Position numbers and translations under genes: made by a program. A DNA stretch of 64,000 nucleotides from Asterias rubens (taxonomy: Eukaryota), in the NCBI RefSeq assembly GCF_902459465.1, contig NC_047063.1:744001-808000 (forward strand), in the 5' to 3' direction. Below, piece after piece: positions 13,626 to 28,800 of this stretch (positions within the stretch are counted from its first letter, which is position 1; each line of letters starts with the position of its first letter). Under the pieces are notes generated by a model, which was given only the letters and a program-made list of their open reading frames with translations, did no database searches and was not told the DNA's origin.

Positions 13626-16600
13626 AGTTATTTTAAAAACCATGACAACCATGATTAGGGCCTTGGTCAATGAAAGTTCGCTGATACAGTTTCTTGTTAC
13701 CGCCCCCATGGAACATTGGGGTAGAAAAAGGCCAGATTTTGTGAATTTTATTTTAATTAATTGAAAAAACACCTAAGGCTTCTATTAACAAGGCGGCACC
13801 TCATTTTTTGCCAGGGGACCACCAACTTTGCTCTGAAGGTTTACACGGATCAAAAACGTAATTTCCAAGACTGAGTGCTGGTTTTTTGTAAGTTTGAAAA
13901 TTAATTATACATTCATAAACGGCTCAGTTTGCTAATCCTATTGGGGGAGAGCTTGTCACGTGGGGGTGTTTAAGCGGTTAAATGACTAGCTAGATTCGAA
14001 TATAACTGGTTGTTTTTGGATATATATTTGTGGGGGTTAGCCCACAAACTTGTTCCCATGGGTGATCAATCTCGCCGTGCCATTTTAGCCCATGAATATG
14101 AGGATGCATACTACACGCACCAATATTCGAAAACTGTCTCAGTCATGAAAATGTGACACACATACGTACGGAGCTCAAGGACATCGGAAAACCAAAAAGA
14201 CATTTATGAATGGGAATATAAGAATAGTTACTCGCTCTTAAACTACTATTTAAAACCTTGCAAGGTCATGGCCAGGCAATATTTAAGGCCCTCGCCTTGA
14301 GCTCGGGCCTTTATCGGACCTTTATCGCACGACAACAACCCTGTCGTTGTAAATTTTGCCTTTTATTCCCTGATTAAAATACAAGATGAAATTTGTACTT
14401 TCTTGCTCAGTTCATCAGCCAGGAACAAGAACAAGGAAACACTAAGAACAAGGAAATTATGGTATGGTTGCAAACACAAAATGAAAATAAAAACTTTAAA
14501 CATTGTATCATGTGTGTAATCAGTCTTTCCATCTTTTTTTATATGAAGAATGTCACAGCTTCATGAGCTATATGAATAAGTACCGATTTCTTCTCAGCCT
14601 AACTTAAAGCCATTGGACACTTTTGGTAAACAGTATTGTCCAAGGCTCACACTTTGTGTATCACAACTTCTATATATTAAATAACAAACCTGTGAAAATT
14701 TAGGCTCAATTGGTCATCGGAGTCGGGAGAAAATAACGGGAAAACCCACCCTTGTTTCCGCATGTTTCGCCGTGTCATGAGATGTGTTTAAAACAATTCC
14801 ATAAATTTCTCGATATTGAGAATTGATATTGTTTTAATGTCTGTACCGAAAGTGTCAGAAAAAAAAAGTGTTTTAATGTTTTTTTTTACATCCATAATGA
14901 TGTATGCAAAATGTATATTCCCCTCGTCAGTAAGGGTAGATCATACAATGCATCAACATTATTTGTTTAGACCTTATCTGGTGACCTTTAGCACTGCATT
15001 CATGTAGTCTGGTAGTATCATTCTTACAGCCATGTTGTGAAATAGCTGACTAATCATGAGTTCAACAAAATGATATTATTGTGGTATGAGGGTGTTTACC
15101 TTAGATACGTGCTAGTTCTCTGAACCCAAGTACTCTATTGTCAGGGTTGTTATTTATTATTAATAGTAATGATGTACCAGGCAGTGATGTTGGGTGGTAG
15201 GGTTAGAGAGATCTTATGACAAGGTCCCTTAACCCTTGCCACCTTCCAGCTCCCCTCCCCACCCCCATCCATGTTATTGAAGGAAACTATTATCGATTAT
15301 AATTACACTGTATGCTAAAAATATTATCTACGACAAAAATACAATAATTTATTTACAGTAAACACAAAGGAAACAAAAACGCGATAATATTTTCCAGTAC
15401 ACTTTTTTTGTTTGGAAATTAGGACTACATCCCACGAATGTATCATTTTCTACTGGCCATACACAGCTTAATAATGCATGGTTTATGTGTATAATGTTCC
15501 AAGATTTGTATAATGACTACGTAAACCCTGCCTGTTGTTAGCTGACGACAAATACATTAAATCCAATGGATCATTTTTGTGACACAAAGTTGTTAACAAT
15601 AAAGATACAACTTGTGCTGCTGGTGATGAATTGCCTGGTGATACAGGCAACATCAGCCAAAAGTGGTATTAAAAAAAACAACCATCTTCAAATAATAATA
15701 GTGGCTTCTAACATACGATCATGGAGTGCTAAAACCAGTCACTCAGTGACGCTCAAGGTGCCTCAACATTCATTATTTTTCTTGCAAGGTGTGTCGGACT
15801 ACATCTGAATTATGAGACCTCCTCATTTGACGTAGCATCATGAATGGTTTACAAGGTGGCGCAATATGCAGCCAATCATACCAAGAACACTGGTCACAGG
15901 GAAAAACCCCTTCTCTTTTCGACAAGTGCACTGGGTTATTTTACTTGCATTACACAGCACACAAGACAATGGCTCCATACACCCCATCTGAAGCACCATG
16001 GTTTTAGTGTTTTGCTTTTAAACGGACATATGTGTTAAATAAAAAATGGATGTCTGCAAAGTCTCGGACCAAGACTGTTTGAGACCTGGGCCCAATTTCA
16101 TAGCGCTGCTTAGCGGTCGATTTTGTGCTTACTTTGCGATTGCACTTCATAACGCTGCTTAACCGAAAGCACACAAACAGACATGCTAACCTTCTGGTGC
16201 TTACCACACGAAAACATATGACGCCACAATGCAATAAGCCCGCCCAATTCTTCTGCTAACCTGTGAAATATGCTTTCACCTTAGCAATTTTTCTGCTACA
16301 GTAAGCACGCAAATTTGCGTACCGAAATTGGGGCTATGCACAAGACTGAGACATTTCAAGACCTCAAAATTTACTGGACCTGAAAAATATTGTCTCAAGA
16401 CAGCAACCTTGGTCAACACCTGTATGTAAACAAAGCTTGTTTATGTGCGCTTATGCCTACCTTAGCAACATTCGACATGTTGTCTGACTGCACTCAGTTT
16501 AACACTGTTTTGTTGTCGGAAAATTTACCAGAAATAGCCTCTTCTGAGACCTTACCAAGACTTTTTCAAAACTCCAAAGTGTTTGAAGTTGGTTATTTGA

Positions 16601-17592
16601 ATAGCCGTTTTTGGTTTATGGTACAAGCACTAGCGTATAGTCTTAATTTTAATTACAAAGTTTTATGAAACAAAATTAAGTTTATATTTTGGAAGTTATC
16701 TTTGCCCATGTATAATAGATGTTTCATTGTCCATGTAAAAAAAAAAAAAAAAAAGGAATCAGCTAATCGATTGAAACTACAGATGCGACCCGATTTGTCT
16801 TCCACTTCAAACCAGAAGTTGAAACAAAAAAATATTTTTAGAAAAGCCAGAGTTTCAGGTTGACAGGTAAAACTTTAAGGATGTTATCATAAGATTAACC
16901 TAAGTTTCTAGTTTCACTTTGGTTTGTCAAAGTTTTAATACATGAAATAGGCACATCCTTGTTGAATTGAGGGCCCCCTCACTTGCGCAAACTTTTACTT
17001 AAAAATTGTTTGCAAAGTGTAAAAAGTAATTAATCTTGGTCTCGGTCTTGGTCTCGGTCTCAGTCTCAGTCTAGAATAGGGAAGGTTAGATCTTGAATCC
17101 AACACGGTTGATTAATGAATAAATCCAGTTGTCATGGTTGTGTTCTACGGCGCTGTGGGCACTGTATGCATTGCCTTGAAACACACACCCCAGTCGACTC
17201 ATTATAATATAGCCCTTGTAGGACGTCAGTCAGTGCCACTATGCAACGGAGCAGTCCAACCTAGGCTAACCACATTCAGCATTGACACTCCTGACACTGA
17301 AGGGCAGTTACAGAATCAGCTAACTCTAACAACATTGAAGTATCCGCCAATGATGACAATAAAATATGACGTTTGTACATTTGGCAGTCAGTTTTGAACT
17401 GTAGTATAGTAGACAATATGGTTGTTGGAGTATGACTGCCACTGGCACTAGCCAGCTTATAGCTAGGCACTTTATTATTATTACTGTCTTTATTATGCAC
17501 TGTTGAGTCACTGGCTATGTATTACATTACTATTAATTCCTACGTCATGTACTACTAGAACTATATGAGGTTCGTTCGGCTATCGTCTCTTA

Positions 17593-17721
17593 GGCCGTGT
17601 CCGAAACGACGACTTCGGCTACAGCTACGTCTAGATCAGCGCGTCTACCAGTGTTGAAGAATAGGCAGATGCGCGCGATCTAGCCGTAGCTGTAGCCGAA
17701 GTCGCCGTTTCGGACACGGCC
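17593..17721. mobile_element. PIF/Harbinger-like palindromic MITE nested in a second palindromic element (about 17553-17800)
   Basis: TIRs ggccgtgtccgaaacg / cgtttcggacacggcc with TTA flanks; outer inverted repeat ctagaactat..gaggttcgttcggctatcgtctc. Confidence 0.7.
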
Positions 17722-17938
17722 TTATACTGAGAGACGATAGCCGAACGAACCTCCATAGTTCTAGATAGCCGAACGAACCTCTCATTCATAGTTCTAGGAG
17801 TACGTCATGTACCTTGTGTACATCTACATACATGATGATGATGATGATGAGTGCACACAAACACACCACACGAAATAGACAAACCTTTTAAGAATTACTG
17901 AACGTGTTTCTGATAAAATACGAATGTTTTGCCCTTAC

Positions 17939-18110
17939 CTAGATCCTCACGGTGTACACTCACACATACCAACACAGTAGGTAATTTACACAAAATGGCA
18001 AAAAAACAGCAAGAAAGAGGAAGACGAAACAGACGCACACCACTTCGACCACTCGACCATGCAAAACTAAAAGCAGACGACAAATCTATGACGTCACACC
18101 ACCCGGAAAT
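17939..18110 (-). promoter_or_regulatory. Candidate promoter and non-coding first exon of the inverted plexin paralog
   Basis: TGACGTCA at 18089-18096, CCGGAAAT at 18103-18110, and a strong minus-strand donor ctag|gtaagg at 17938. The V exon at 11812 has an acceptor that needs an upstream donor. Confidence 0.35.
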
Positions 18111-21100
18111 AACTTTTGGAATGTTGCATTTTTACAGGGTGGATACAGAAGCAAAACTTAATCAAAGTTGCAATCTAGTTGACAAATATTACTTACTTGC
18201 TATTATTTTTACATATAAATTAATAAAATAAAGCATTCAATGTCCTTTATAATTCTTAACTCACGTGAAGTAATTTAACTAAACAATAATCCCGTTTAAA
18301 ATAATGCAGTACCCCCTTTGAAAAGTGGTACGATCTGATGTAAAGTTAAACTTTTCTACTAGTCATACAGGGACCGTCTTAGATGTTGAAAATGTTTTAA
18401 AATGTCAGCAGAGGCATAACAAATGCAGTGTGCCAAAATAAAATAAAAACGTTATTCTCTTCTATCAAAAGTCGGAAGAAGTATGCAGGAAACAAATTAT
18501 TGGCACAGTATGTAAACACTTCATGTTATTTGAGATCACACAAAAATAATGACTTCCTCTTACTAAGTTTTTACTCTTCACTTAGTGCAGCTGTATTATG
18601 GTTGTGTAATAGGTTTATCAGACTGCTTTATCGAGGACAAACTAAGCAAATTCTGCCCGTCCACTTTGGCATCTATTGATTTTGCTACCTCCTCCGTGAT
18701 AGTCCCATCAACAAGGGGGGGGGGGGGAATAGGTAAACCAAAGGGGGTTTCCCTATCACCAAAAAGAATTAAGAGTCCAAAGGTCATATTCGTCATTGTT
18801 TGAACTATATTTTGTTTGAGGGCCTTCAGAAATCAGTACACAGGCCGTTTCCCATTCTGTTTAGTTTCGACTGTATGTTTCAAAAGATCTCAAGTTCCGC
18901 TTCATTTACTCCAAATAATAGGGTAAAGTCAAAGGTAGCCTATACGTCGTTGTATGGCCTGCCAAAGCACCCCGGCCAACCGTGCGCGCGCCTGGGAACG
19001 AATCGAGACTACGGTGGCCCATAAAAACATTGGCAATTTCTGAAGAAGTCAATTTATGTAGCTTTTCGACAGATATTTATTTGCTATTCGATTTTAATTG
19101 AAATTTGATTTTATTATTTGTAAAACAAAAGCAATATAATTGAAATTTCCATGTACATGTACATGGTTATTAGTAGTGTATGCAATGTGATGTGGCAACA
19201 TTGAGGGCGCTATTTCAATTTAATGGTACAACAGCAACATTATGCCGTTTCCTAATAAGGGCCTGCCAACATAAATTGATGAGTGTAATCCCCTAGCATT
19301 TATAAAACTAAGCCACTACCCAAAAGGAATTTATCCACAAGCTCTCTCTCTCTCTGATTGTTTTCAGATTTTCTAAAAATATTAATAGGGAGTCAAAACA
19401 AAGCATTACAAAATATACAACAACTTTGAGGACACTTTTTTGATGCAAAAAGTATCAAGTCTATAACCCACACAATATGTAGAATTCCTTCATTCATATT
19501 TTATTAATATTTCTATATTCAAGACTGACAACACATATAATACAGACATACACCAGAATCTTATTTCTATCAAATAAAGTTTTTATAAAGTGAGCTTCTT
19601 GTAAAATGTGTTGCCGAGTTTGATTATATTGGGTTTCTGTTTGTGTTTTAACATACACTCTACCATAGTTCTTTAAGAGACAAAGATTTTGTACTCAAAT
19701 AACCACTTTTATTTTGGTAATAAATTTATATTAATGTAAGTAAAACTTAGGAGAGTTAATTCGATTTAATCGTTTAAATAATTAAACATAAAGCTATATT
19801 GTCAAAACGATCACCTTCTTTGGCGAAACTGTCAGACTGTAAAAAATGTGTTAAGGGTACACAAAAATTCCTGTTAAAGAAATATTCAATAGTTAAATTT
19901 TTATCAGGGACAAAGAATTTTATTTGGTATTACCCTTACACCGATGTGTGTAAGTAATGTATATTCAATACTTTCCCCGAGTTCTGTGAGTAAAACAAAC
20001 ACAAGCTCATTACTCAGGTAGGATTCAAACCCAAAACCTTTGCCAATAGAACAGATGTCTAACCAACTAGACCATCGCGATTGCCTGGCAGAAACATTCA
20101 TTGAATGTACTCTTGATGTCAGACAATATTTCCAGGATCAAGGGTTAGAATTATATGCAAATAAATCATCCAGGGAAAAGACAAGATAGTTCATTTAAGT
20201 AAAACAAAAAAAGGGGGGACAAAGGTAGTAAGACTGAATAAAAAAATTACCATGTTTTCAAATGAACCTCTATTTAGTGATCCCACAGTTTTGCCAACTA
20301 GTATTGGCAAAAGGATTGGCAACGCTCACCACTGCAAATTTAAATAATTCATTTTTAACACATTCTATTAATTTAGCCAAATCAGATGAGCTTAATATCA
20401 TTCTTCATAGCGACAGGTTTCAGCGTATTGTTAGTGGCAAATTTGTGCCACACCAGTTGGAAAATGTTGGGTTAGTCAAGGCTGCCCTTATAAACAAGTG
20501 ATCAATGTTTGTAAACACAAAACAAAATGGTCCATTGAACACCTTTTACAATAAATTTAAGCTCATTAGTGAGATTCTAAGTTCGGTACATTCTCCAGAG
20601 AGTTAAAACTTTTTAGTCTAACTTCTATTCTCACATTCAACACAAATAAATGAGAAAAAGTATTGCAAATACATGTAAAAACAAAAAAACAAAAGTCAAG
20701 AAATAATACAACTTTCACAGTACTCTGTCATAAAAAGAACAGATAATCAAATTCTGGATCTTGTGACTGTGCATCGAATGGCCAGGTTAAAAGTATGTGA
20801 AGCAAGTTCCAACGCGATTTAAAATCACTTTTAACTGCAAGAAAATAACAAAACAAAGAGAACATAAGAAATAGGGAAATTTGATAGATAACTCAAAATG
20901 AAACAGAGCTGATGATGATCGGTAAAATGTTTTGAAACTTCATCCCCGATCAGTAGTTCCTACATAATTTGGGCATAAAAAGTAAGAAAATGGTAAGCAA
21001 GGTTTTGAAACTTAACATAGTAAAGATACAGTCTAATCAAGTAAGGTGAGGAATCTCTCTTATAAGTTGATATGGTCCGAAAATGTTTTGATTCTAGTCC

Positions 21101-22082
21101 CGGTTCAAGACCCTCCTGTTGATGAGAACCCTACCACAAGAGGGTGCACTTTTATCATAAACTCTCATTACAGGATAGTGGTTCTCTGAGTGAAAGCAGT
21201 TTTGTGGTTGATAACGCTCTATTGGTGAGGGGAATAATCAACAAAGAAGTAGAACTTTCTAGATTTTAAACAACAGGAGCCCCTTGAACATTGTGTGGAT
21301 CAGTATGCTCTGATCCGCTTCAGAAATAAAATTGAATTAAAATCACAGGAAAATGATATTTAAGCAGGTTATAAATCTAAACTCAAAATGTGCAGCTCGA
21401 AATAAAATTAGATTTCATTTTCTAAGTATACACACTTGCACATGATAAACAGTCACACATTCTTATTACTTAGTGGAAGTAAAGACCTTTATCATGCGGA
21501 CACCATTCTTGTATAATCCCCCGTATCCAGTATTACTAATGTATACTGGTTCAAAAAATACCAAAGGGCACCAGACTAATTGCCCTTGCAGCCTCACATT
21601 GGTTACACTAATCTCGAAGGGAGAAAAACAAATTGGATGCCCCGTGATGAAGGTCTATTTACGGATCCTGCAGAGTCTAAAAACATTGTAGAATGTTATT
21701 GTTTATTAATACCATGAAATACTGAAATACAATCTAAATGCAATCACTTCAAATTATTCTAGGACTGATTGAGAAAAATTGCCAAAATATTTCTCCTTGA
21801 GTAGAATTCATAAGTTGATTTATGAAACTTAAAAATCAACCAGAACCATAACTGAATTGGTAGGCCTACATGGCAAGATCTTTGTTTTCATTAAGCTTGT
21901 AAGCTGAATATATCACTCAACACCTTTGTACACTAAGCATCATGTAGCGGAAAACCAGTCACCTTTGTTTATTTGTTATTAGTTTGGCTAGTGTAATGCA
22001 CTGCTAAGCAAACCATCTTATGCATGCTTACCATTAAGCAAGAAGTTCAACCCTTCTTGAAAAAGTCCCTTTTTAAATAATA

Positions 22083-22528
22083 GAGAGGTTTCGCAGAGTC
22101 ACCGATACTCTTATGTGAAGGTATACGTCATAATACGTCATCACTTTTTGAGGTCCATGTGACGTATAACCGTTGTACACAAGTTAGAATAGTCGCTCAA
22201 AACGGGAATCTGTCACCATACACGTAGGTAAACAACGAGTATATTTTTTTCATGCTTTTGTAGCGGATTGTTATTTTTTAACATACCAGGTTTTCAGAGG
22301 TATCATACATGGATGTAGTTTGACATTTTTTAACCACCATGCTTCAGAAAAAGAGAAATGGCGATTGTCCATGGGTGCAGCCATTTGGTTAATAGCGCCC
22401 TCTTGAGCCTCAAGTTGAGGGTATTCGTTAGAATTTTGCGAAACAAATTGACACAGCTCACTTGACGCGAACATGTACGGTTCGTCCTCTGTATGCGTAT
22501 TCGTATCTGCGACTCTGCGAAACCTCTC
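22083..22528. mobile_element. TA-flanked MITE
   Basis: TIRs (ta)gagaggtttcgcagagtc / gactctgcgaaacctctc(ta). Confidence 0.7.
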
Positions 22529-25500
22529 TAATGATCTCAGATGTATTTTGTTATTGTAACGGATATGACTCATTGCACATTTAGCCATTTTTACGTCACC
22601 TGGAACGCCCCCTGCACCGTAACATACGGGGAGTCTGAACTCCCTAAATAGCACCACCAAGTTTTATCATGGGCAGTGACCTCAGGTGATTCGGGCCAAT
22701 ACACTAACATTTACACCAAAGTCAAAACAGCTTTTTGTTACAGCTACCAACATTTCATGTTCAATTAGCAGACTGTCAATCAGTTACAAAGTATCTAACA
22801 GGAATATGAAACAAAATAATGCCGTCCGTATTGTTTCTTTTACAGTAACTGTCAACATTAAACTATATTTCCAAGACCACAGCAAACTGTGACCAGCATT
22901 CAGCCAACAACATTGTAATGAAATGTTTGTGGAAGTAAGGTTATCAGAAAGCAAGGAGGTGTAACAAAAATGTATTTTTAACAACCACTTCCTGCTTTTG
23001 CCAGTACCTTAAATAGCTTTGATGGCGGTTCAATACCGGTAATTGGTAGGCCCTATTTAGTATCTTTAAAAATGACCAATGCTTATTAGCATATAATACA
23101 TACACGTTCTATTGTCTAGTGGTTTCTTGAATTGCAAAACTAACTACTTTTTCGATATCAAAATGAAGAACGCACAATGTCTAAGATTGACCGTTAATAT
23201 TAATTTACAATTAGATACAGTATTTTCATTTCAAGAACCTCATGTAACGAATATATAAAAAAACGTGCAAATTTATCCTCCCCAGTGCTGTGTTAATTGC
23301 AAAATGCTTACAGAGTTGTATTTAAACACAAAGTGCACTGTACAGAAGAATATTAAGCGTTTTTAGCCAAGGATTTGTGTACAGGTAAGGGGTGTCTTTG
23401 CTGGATATGCCACTACACTGAAACAGCAAACTCTTACCAAATGCCTTTCTAGCCAAGGTTGTGTCTGGCTACGGCTACGACTGTTGCTTAGGGTGTTGCT
23501 AAGGATATCCTATACTTCAATACATGATGACATGGAAATCTAGCCCTAGCCATAATTGTAGCTGCCAATTTGTAACAGGGCCTTGTAACTGATCACCCAA
23601 AGATTTAAACTTCCACCCGGGCCCAATTCCAGTAAATATTTTCTGCTTACAGATCAGCCGTAAGCAGAAGTTCTATTTCATAATCGCTGCTTACCCCCAA
23701 CAACCGCCTACCCTTAACAGAGCAAAAGACACGCTAGCTTATGAGCGGACATTGTTAGCCAACAAGCGTTGCACGCAACAACGCAAACCCATTCTGAATG
23801 TGCATACATGCATGAATTCTGCTTAAGTAAACTCTAAAATGTGCCTACCATAAACAGCTATACGAAACTGGGCCATGGTCAGAGAAATTTTGTAAAAACA
23901 AAAACTATTTAAATACTGAGGGTTCATTCCCAGTTACTTGCCCCAGTTATCAAATCTTGAAATGAAATTTGATGAACTAGAAAGATATGAATTGGTCCAC
24001 TTCTTTCAGTCTGTGTATCTACAATAGACTTGCTTTGTAAGGTTCACATTAAGAGCTTCATACCTAAAAATCAACATAAAATCTTTCAAACTGACATGTT
24101 TTCATTCCAAAGACTGGCGTGTGTCTATTAACTGTCTGTATTATAAAAGCTGTTTGACTAAACTGAGAGGTTTTTCCAGATAAAAAATATTATTTAGGCT
24201 GCAGCTAACCAAGGTCATGTGAGATTTAAATGGTAAAAAGTGCTAGAACGTGCTTCAAAAACAAAACAAGCCCCAAACCCAAATGGCAGTAGCTGACAAA
24301 AAACATATCATGCAGTACAAAAACATTCATTACTGTAATAATCAATATTTCTAAATAATTAAACCCATTTAATTGACAGTTTTCTGAAGTTGTCAAATGA
24401 AGTTTTGTTATATTTTCTATTTTAAAGCGCAAAATTGGATCGGATGTATCAGCAAATGGACAGTTATGGTTACACACACAATTGTTTCCTCAGTCCCAAA
24501 TATCTACAATCAATAATGCTGAAAGTCAACTGGTATATAATTCACTTGTTGGTTTATCCAAGGTGCTTCTTGGCCACCACAGGCCAACTTCCTAAAATCT
24601 GTAAGCAGACGCTTTCTGTTTACCAAGCAGCTCTTAGCAAAATTTCCATTCCGCCATGTTTGTTCACAGTTGGCCAAGCAAAAAAGAACGCTTATAACGC
24701 TAACAGCGCGCGAGGGACCAAGCAATGCAATCTATCGGGTCGCATTCAATTCGCATGCTGTCAAATTTTCTTGAATGCTCATGCGCTTGATTGGAGGACA
24801 AATTTGCTTACCGGTAAACTGCTTTATTGGAGTTAATTTTAAAGCAAGAAATAATGCTCAGAAAATGTTTCTGATAAGTGAGATTTAGAAGGGACTCAAG
24901 CACAGCACAAACAGTATACATTGGGCATGAATTTCAGAACAATTTTGACTAGACCACAGGTTTCAGCCATATTTTATGAAGTATGCAGACGTGCAGCTTT
25001 TGATTTTAAACAATTAAACAAACAAAAACTGCACAAATATCTGTACAGCGGTTTTTGGTTTCTCAAAAACCGGAGTTTAAAGATGGGCAAGCTAGAAACA
25101 CTCTCTCTTCGGTGGCGATGACATCAGATTCCTGATACATGAACTACAATCATTACATCTTGCTCAAAGAGGCAAATGTTTAGTATATAAAGTCACAATT
25201 TCATAGAGCTGCTAAAAGTACGCACAGAGCATTGGTACATGAACAGGCCCCTTTGCATACGACATAACAAGACCAAAACAGCGCCATCACAAACAGAGCC
25301 AAAACTGACGCAGCTCTAAAAAGAATTGGCCCCAGATCATCAGATGTGGCTGTTTGTAAGAATGAAGAGTGCACTTCAACAGAGCAAAAATCTTATGCCC
25401 TTTTCGTCTTTCGATAATTGTTGTATCAACAGTAATTATGGATTTTTCTGAAAGTAGAGTAGAAGCTGATTTATATATATATTGACTTTTTAAGGGTTAC

Positions 25501-25800
25501 GCGCTCAATAAATGACTGTTACAGAGGAGTTCATACAAAGTTTGTTCATCAAATTGCGATACGCAACTTGAAAAGAAAAAACATTAAACAAACAAATACC
25601 TTCCCCATGAGAAAATATAGCACACCATTCCATGCTAGGTTTGATTGGCTCACCCCTTTACACCACACTGTAAATTACACAACTCTTTTTGGTATCCGGT
25701 TTATGTATACGAGGTGGATGGTTATGTACAATGAAATACCTAGTTGAAGTCCTGGTTGACCCTTAACCCTTGACCTTTACACGTGACCCAGACTATGATG

Positions 25801-28800
25801 CTAGTGGCTTCCCCCTGACTTGGAATGTTGTATCAACCATTGCAGTGTGATATCTGAGAAGGAAACCAGAAAGATAGGAATTACAAATATCTAATTGTAT
25901 AACAGCGACAACCTTAGCGGACCTCGCCCTGCCTTCTACACCCACGAAAAACAGCACGTGACCTAAGAAGTAAATATAAAAAGAAAAATATTTTGGGAGG
26001 AGTGTTGGCTGAAAAAGAGCTGGTGTGGTCTCCACTGATCAACCCTTCGAATAACGTACCCCACTCGTCCCCAGGAGAATGTACGATTGCTGTTGGTGAT
26101 GCAAACCAGCAGGCCAGCTATCTCCTGGGCATGAGGGGGGTATGCTGTTCGAAACTTTGAAACCACATCGGCACTTTTTCAGAGCCAACACATAGCAAAG
26201 TGACAGTGGGTACCAACAGCATCTCTGGCCGACAATACAATGAACAGGCATAAAATGACATAAATAACCCAACAGTTCACAAACAACATGCTGGTAAAAA
26301 GAAATTTAGGGGTCAAAAACAAAAACCACCCCAATTAACAATACAGTAAAACACACTTATCGTGCGCACTAATATGCAAAACACATTATTGCACAATCAC
26401 ATTTAATGAAATCATTGGAGAGTTGTAAGGGCTCCCTATATCATGATGGCAACTCAATACTTTATATGTATTTGAACATTTTGTGCAACCTCCTAGGGTA
26501 AAAGCTGCCATAGAATTGTCTATGGTGATTTAATTGTAATTTAATGTGACATCAAAAGTTTTCAAAAACATCTGTCAGGGAAGTCAAGAATTCAACAATT
26601 CTAGATGTAAACTAAATTTTTGTAAAACGTGTTTAATAAAACTTGAATGAAATGATGCTGTGCAGTGCCTGAAGTGTCCTATTTGTTAAGATTAGATTTA
26701 ATTTTGGAGCATCAAGTATCAAATATCATACATGGCAAAATAAAGTGTGAAACGTAGCAAGTGTTCAACCAATCAAATTACAAGGATCTACCTAAAAATA
26801 TATTCATCCACTGAAAGTTGGGACATTTTAAGGTCATTATCAACTTGGAAATCAGGACAGTCACCGTCGATTTTACCAAACTCTTCCTAACTTAAGATTA
26901 ATCTTAAGACATAGGATGAGTTAGGTTTTGTAACCATAGATGTAAGGATGCATCTTAAGTTAGGATGGGTTACTCGTCCAAACTCGAGATAGGACTAATC
27001 CTAGCGTTTCGTGAAACCGGTTGAAGGAAAGACAGGACAGTTCTAGGAAAGGTTTGTAATCTCTTACCTATGTTTTCTTTCTCTTTACATGAGATGGAAT
27101 AGCAACAGATCTCCCTATCTTGGATGGCTGAAAGGTTCATCTTCTCTATCAGTTGCTTCTCATCAAGAGCATTGGGCAAGTCTCTCTTGTTACCGAGCAC
27201 TAATACCTGCAAGGAGACAAAAGGAAATAAAAATTAACAGTTCTATTTTATAACAAGTCATCTCTTTGTAGAATAAATTTCTTGTTATTATTGTTTTGAA
27301 AATGGGACACACATTTAAGCGATTAGCACTCAGCTGTGGACCTGCAAGACACCTCTGAAGAGAAGATGTTGAAGAATTGTGTAAGTTATAGATGTGGTGG
27401 AAAAACCCAATATAGGAAAGCATTCACTCAATCTGGTAGGGGCTGAAAAACCCACTCCGTATGCAAGGCTTTGGTCCTGGTGAAAACACTGGAATGATGG
27501 CGCAAAAACAAAAAATACTTGTATATTGCACATGTATTGACCAATAAGGTTCTCAATTAATTATGTAAATAATGGGGTATTTTAGCTAAAAATCAACTCT
27601 AGCGCAGCAAGGTTCATTCAAACGAGCATCATCCATGAACAGACAAAGAGAGGGCTCAAATCCAGAAGAAATGTCCTCAGTGAAACTAACAAAGTGAAGC
27701 TTCTAACACCAAAGTAGCCTCACAGGAAGAAAGGCTTACATGTCAAATTGACAAACAGAATAAATGTTAACAACAAAACATGAAGATGATGACAAAGAAG
27801 AAAGATTTGTAATCTGTACAAATCCCTTGCACAAACGCTGAGAAAACTACACATATCTTTCCTTTCAACCGTTTTGGGAGTCAAACTGTACAAAAAGAAA
27901 GTGACTCCCAAAGGACTGAAATAGTAGACCGGCATTTTGCAGAAAGATGCATTCTTCATTGTATGAGGGATCAACTATTTGTTCAAGCACTTACTGGGAT
28001 TCCTTGTAATTGTGGTTTGTCGAGGAGGTTGTGTAACTCATTTGTGGATGCTTCTAGTTTGTCATGGTCAGCGGCGTCTACCATGTATCTATAATGAAAA
28101 ACACAAACATTTTAAGTCATTCAGTTTTCAAAAATGTTAATATTATTTTTTACAATAAGTATGCTAAACAGTTGTTGATGGTTAACAATCACATTTTGTA
28201 AACATTAATCCTGACCACTCAATACCATGTGCATAAAATAAAGTAAGCCATGTCTTGATGAATGCTCAGTACACAGTTAACCCTCCTACTGTTTAACCAT
28301 TCAATATCATCTGATGGCTTTGAATGACAGAACCAATTTGCGACCATGCAGTTTGATATTATGAGGTGAATGCACAGTCGCTAATCAACCCAGTGACAAG
28401 CTTATTTTTAAAAGAATATAAATTCAAGCAATAACTTACACAATACAATTTACTCCTCTGCAATATCTTTCCCACATGCTCCTGAACCTTGGTTGACCTC
28501 CAATGTCCCAAAGCTTGAAGGAAATAAAGAAAGAAAGATAGATTTAGGTTAATAATAATTTGACAAACATCTTTAAACACCTGAACCGTGAAATTGAAGA
28601 GTTGTAATTCTATTCCATGTGTATTAGATGACAAATCTGTATTGCTATGGTCACAGATACAACATGGGTTAATTTATTCAATAAATTATGCAAGGGTCAA
28701 TTTTGTCACTAGTTTAGCGTACAAAGACTCATCAAGAGAGCTTTGGTCTAATTCAAATTCAATAATCTACCTATATTTACCAACTTACTACATTACTAAT

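Noticed and set aside
17895-18083. Signal-peptide-like ORF MSSAFSFAW..
   Set aside because: It starts at TTG, not ATG, and no in-phase downstream exon was found; better explained as a non-coding leader exon.
18596-18796. 66-aa ATG-initiated ORF MTNMTFGLLILFGDRETPFGLPIPPPP..
   Set aside because: No recognisable homology, no supporting exon chain, and it includes a homopolymer run; a BLASTP hit would be needed.
19000-25800. Additional protein-coding gene downstream of ARL8
   Set aside because: Only short ORFs without recognisable domains, some overlapping MITEs; consistent with 3' UTR or intergenic sequence.
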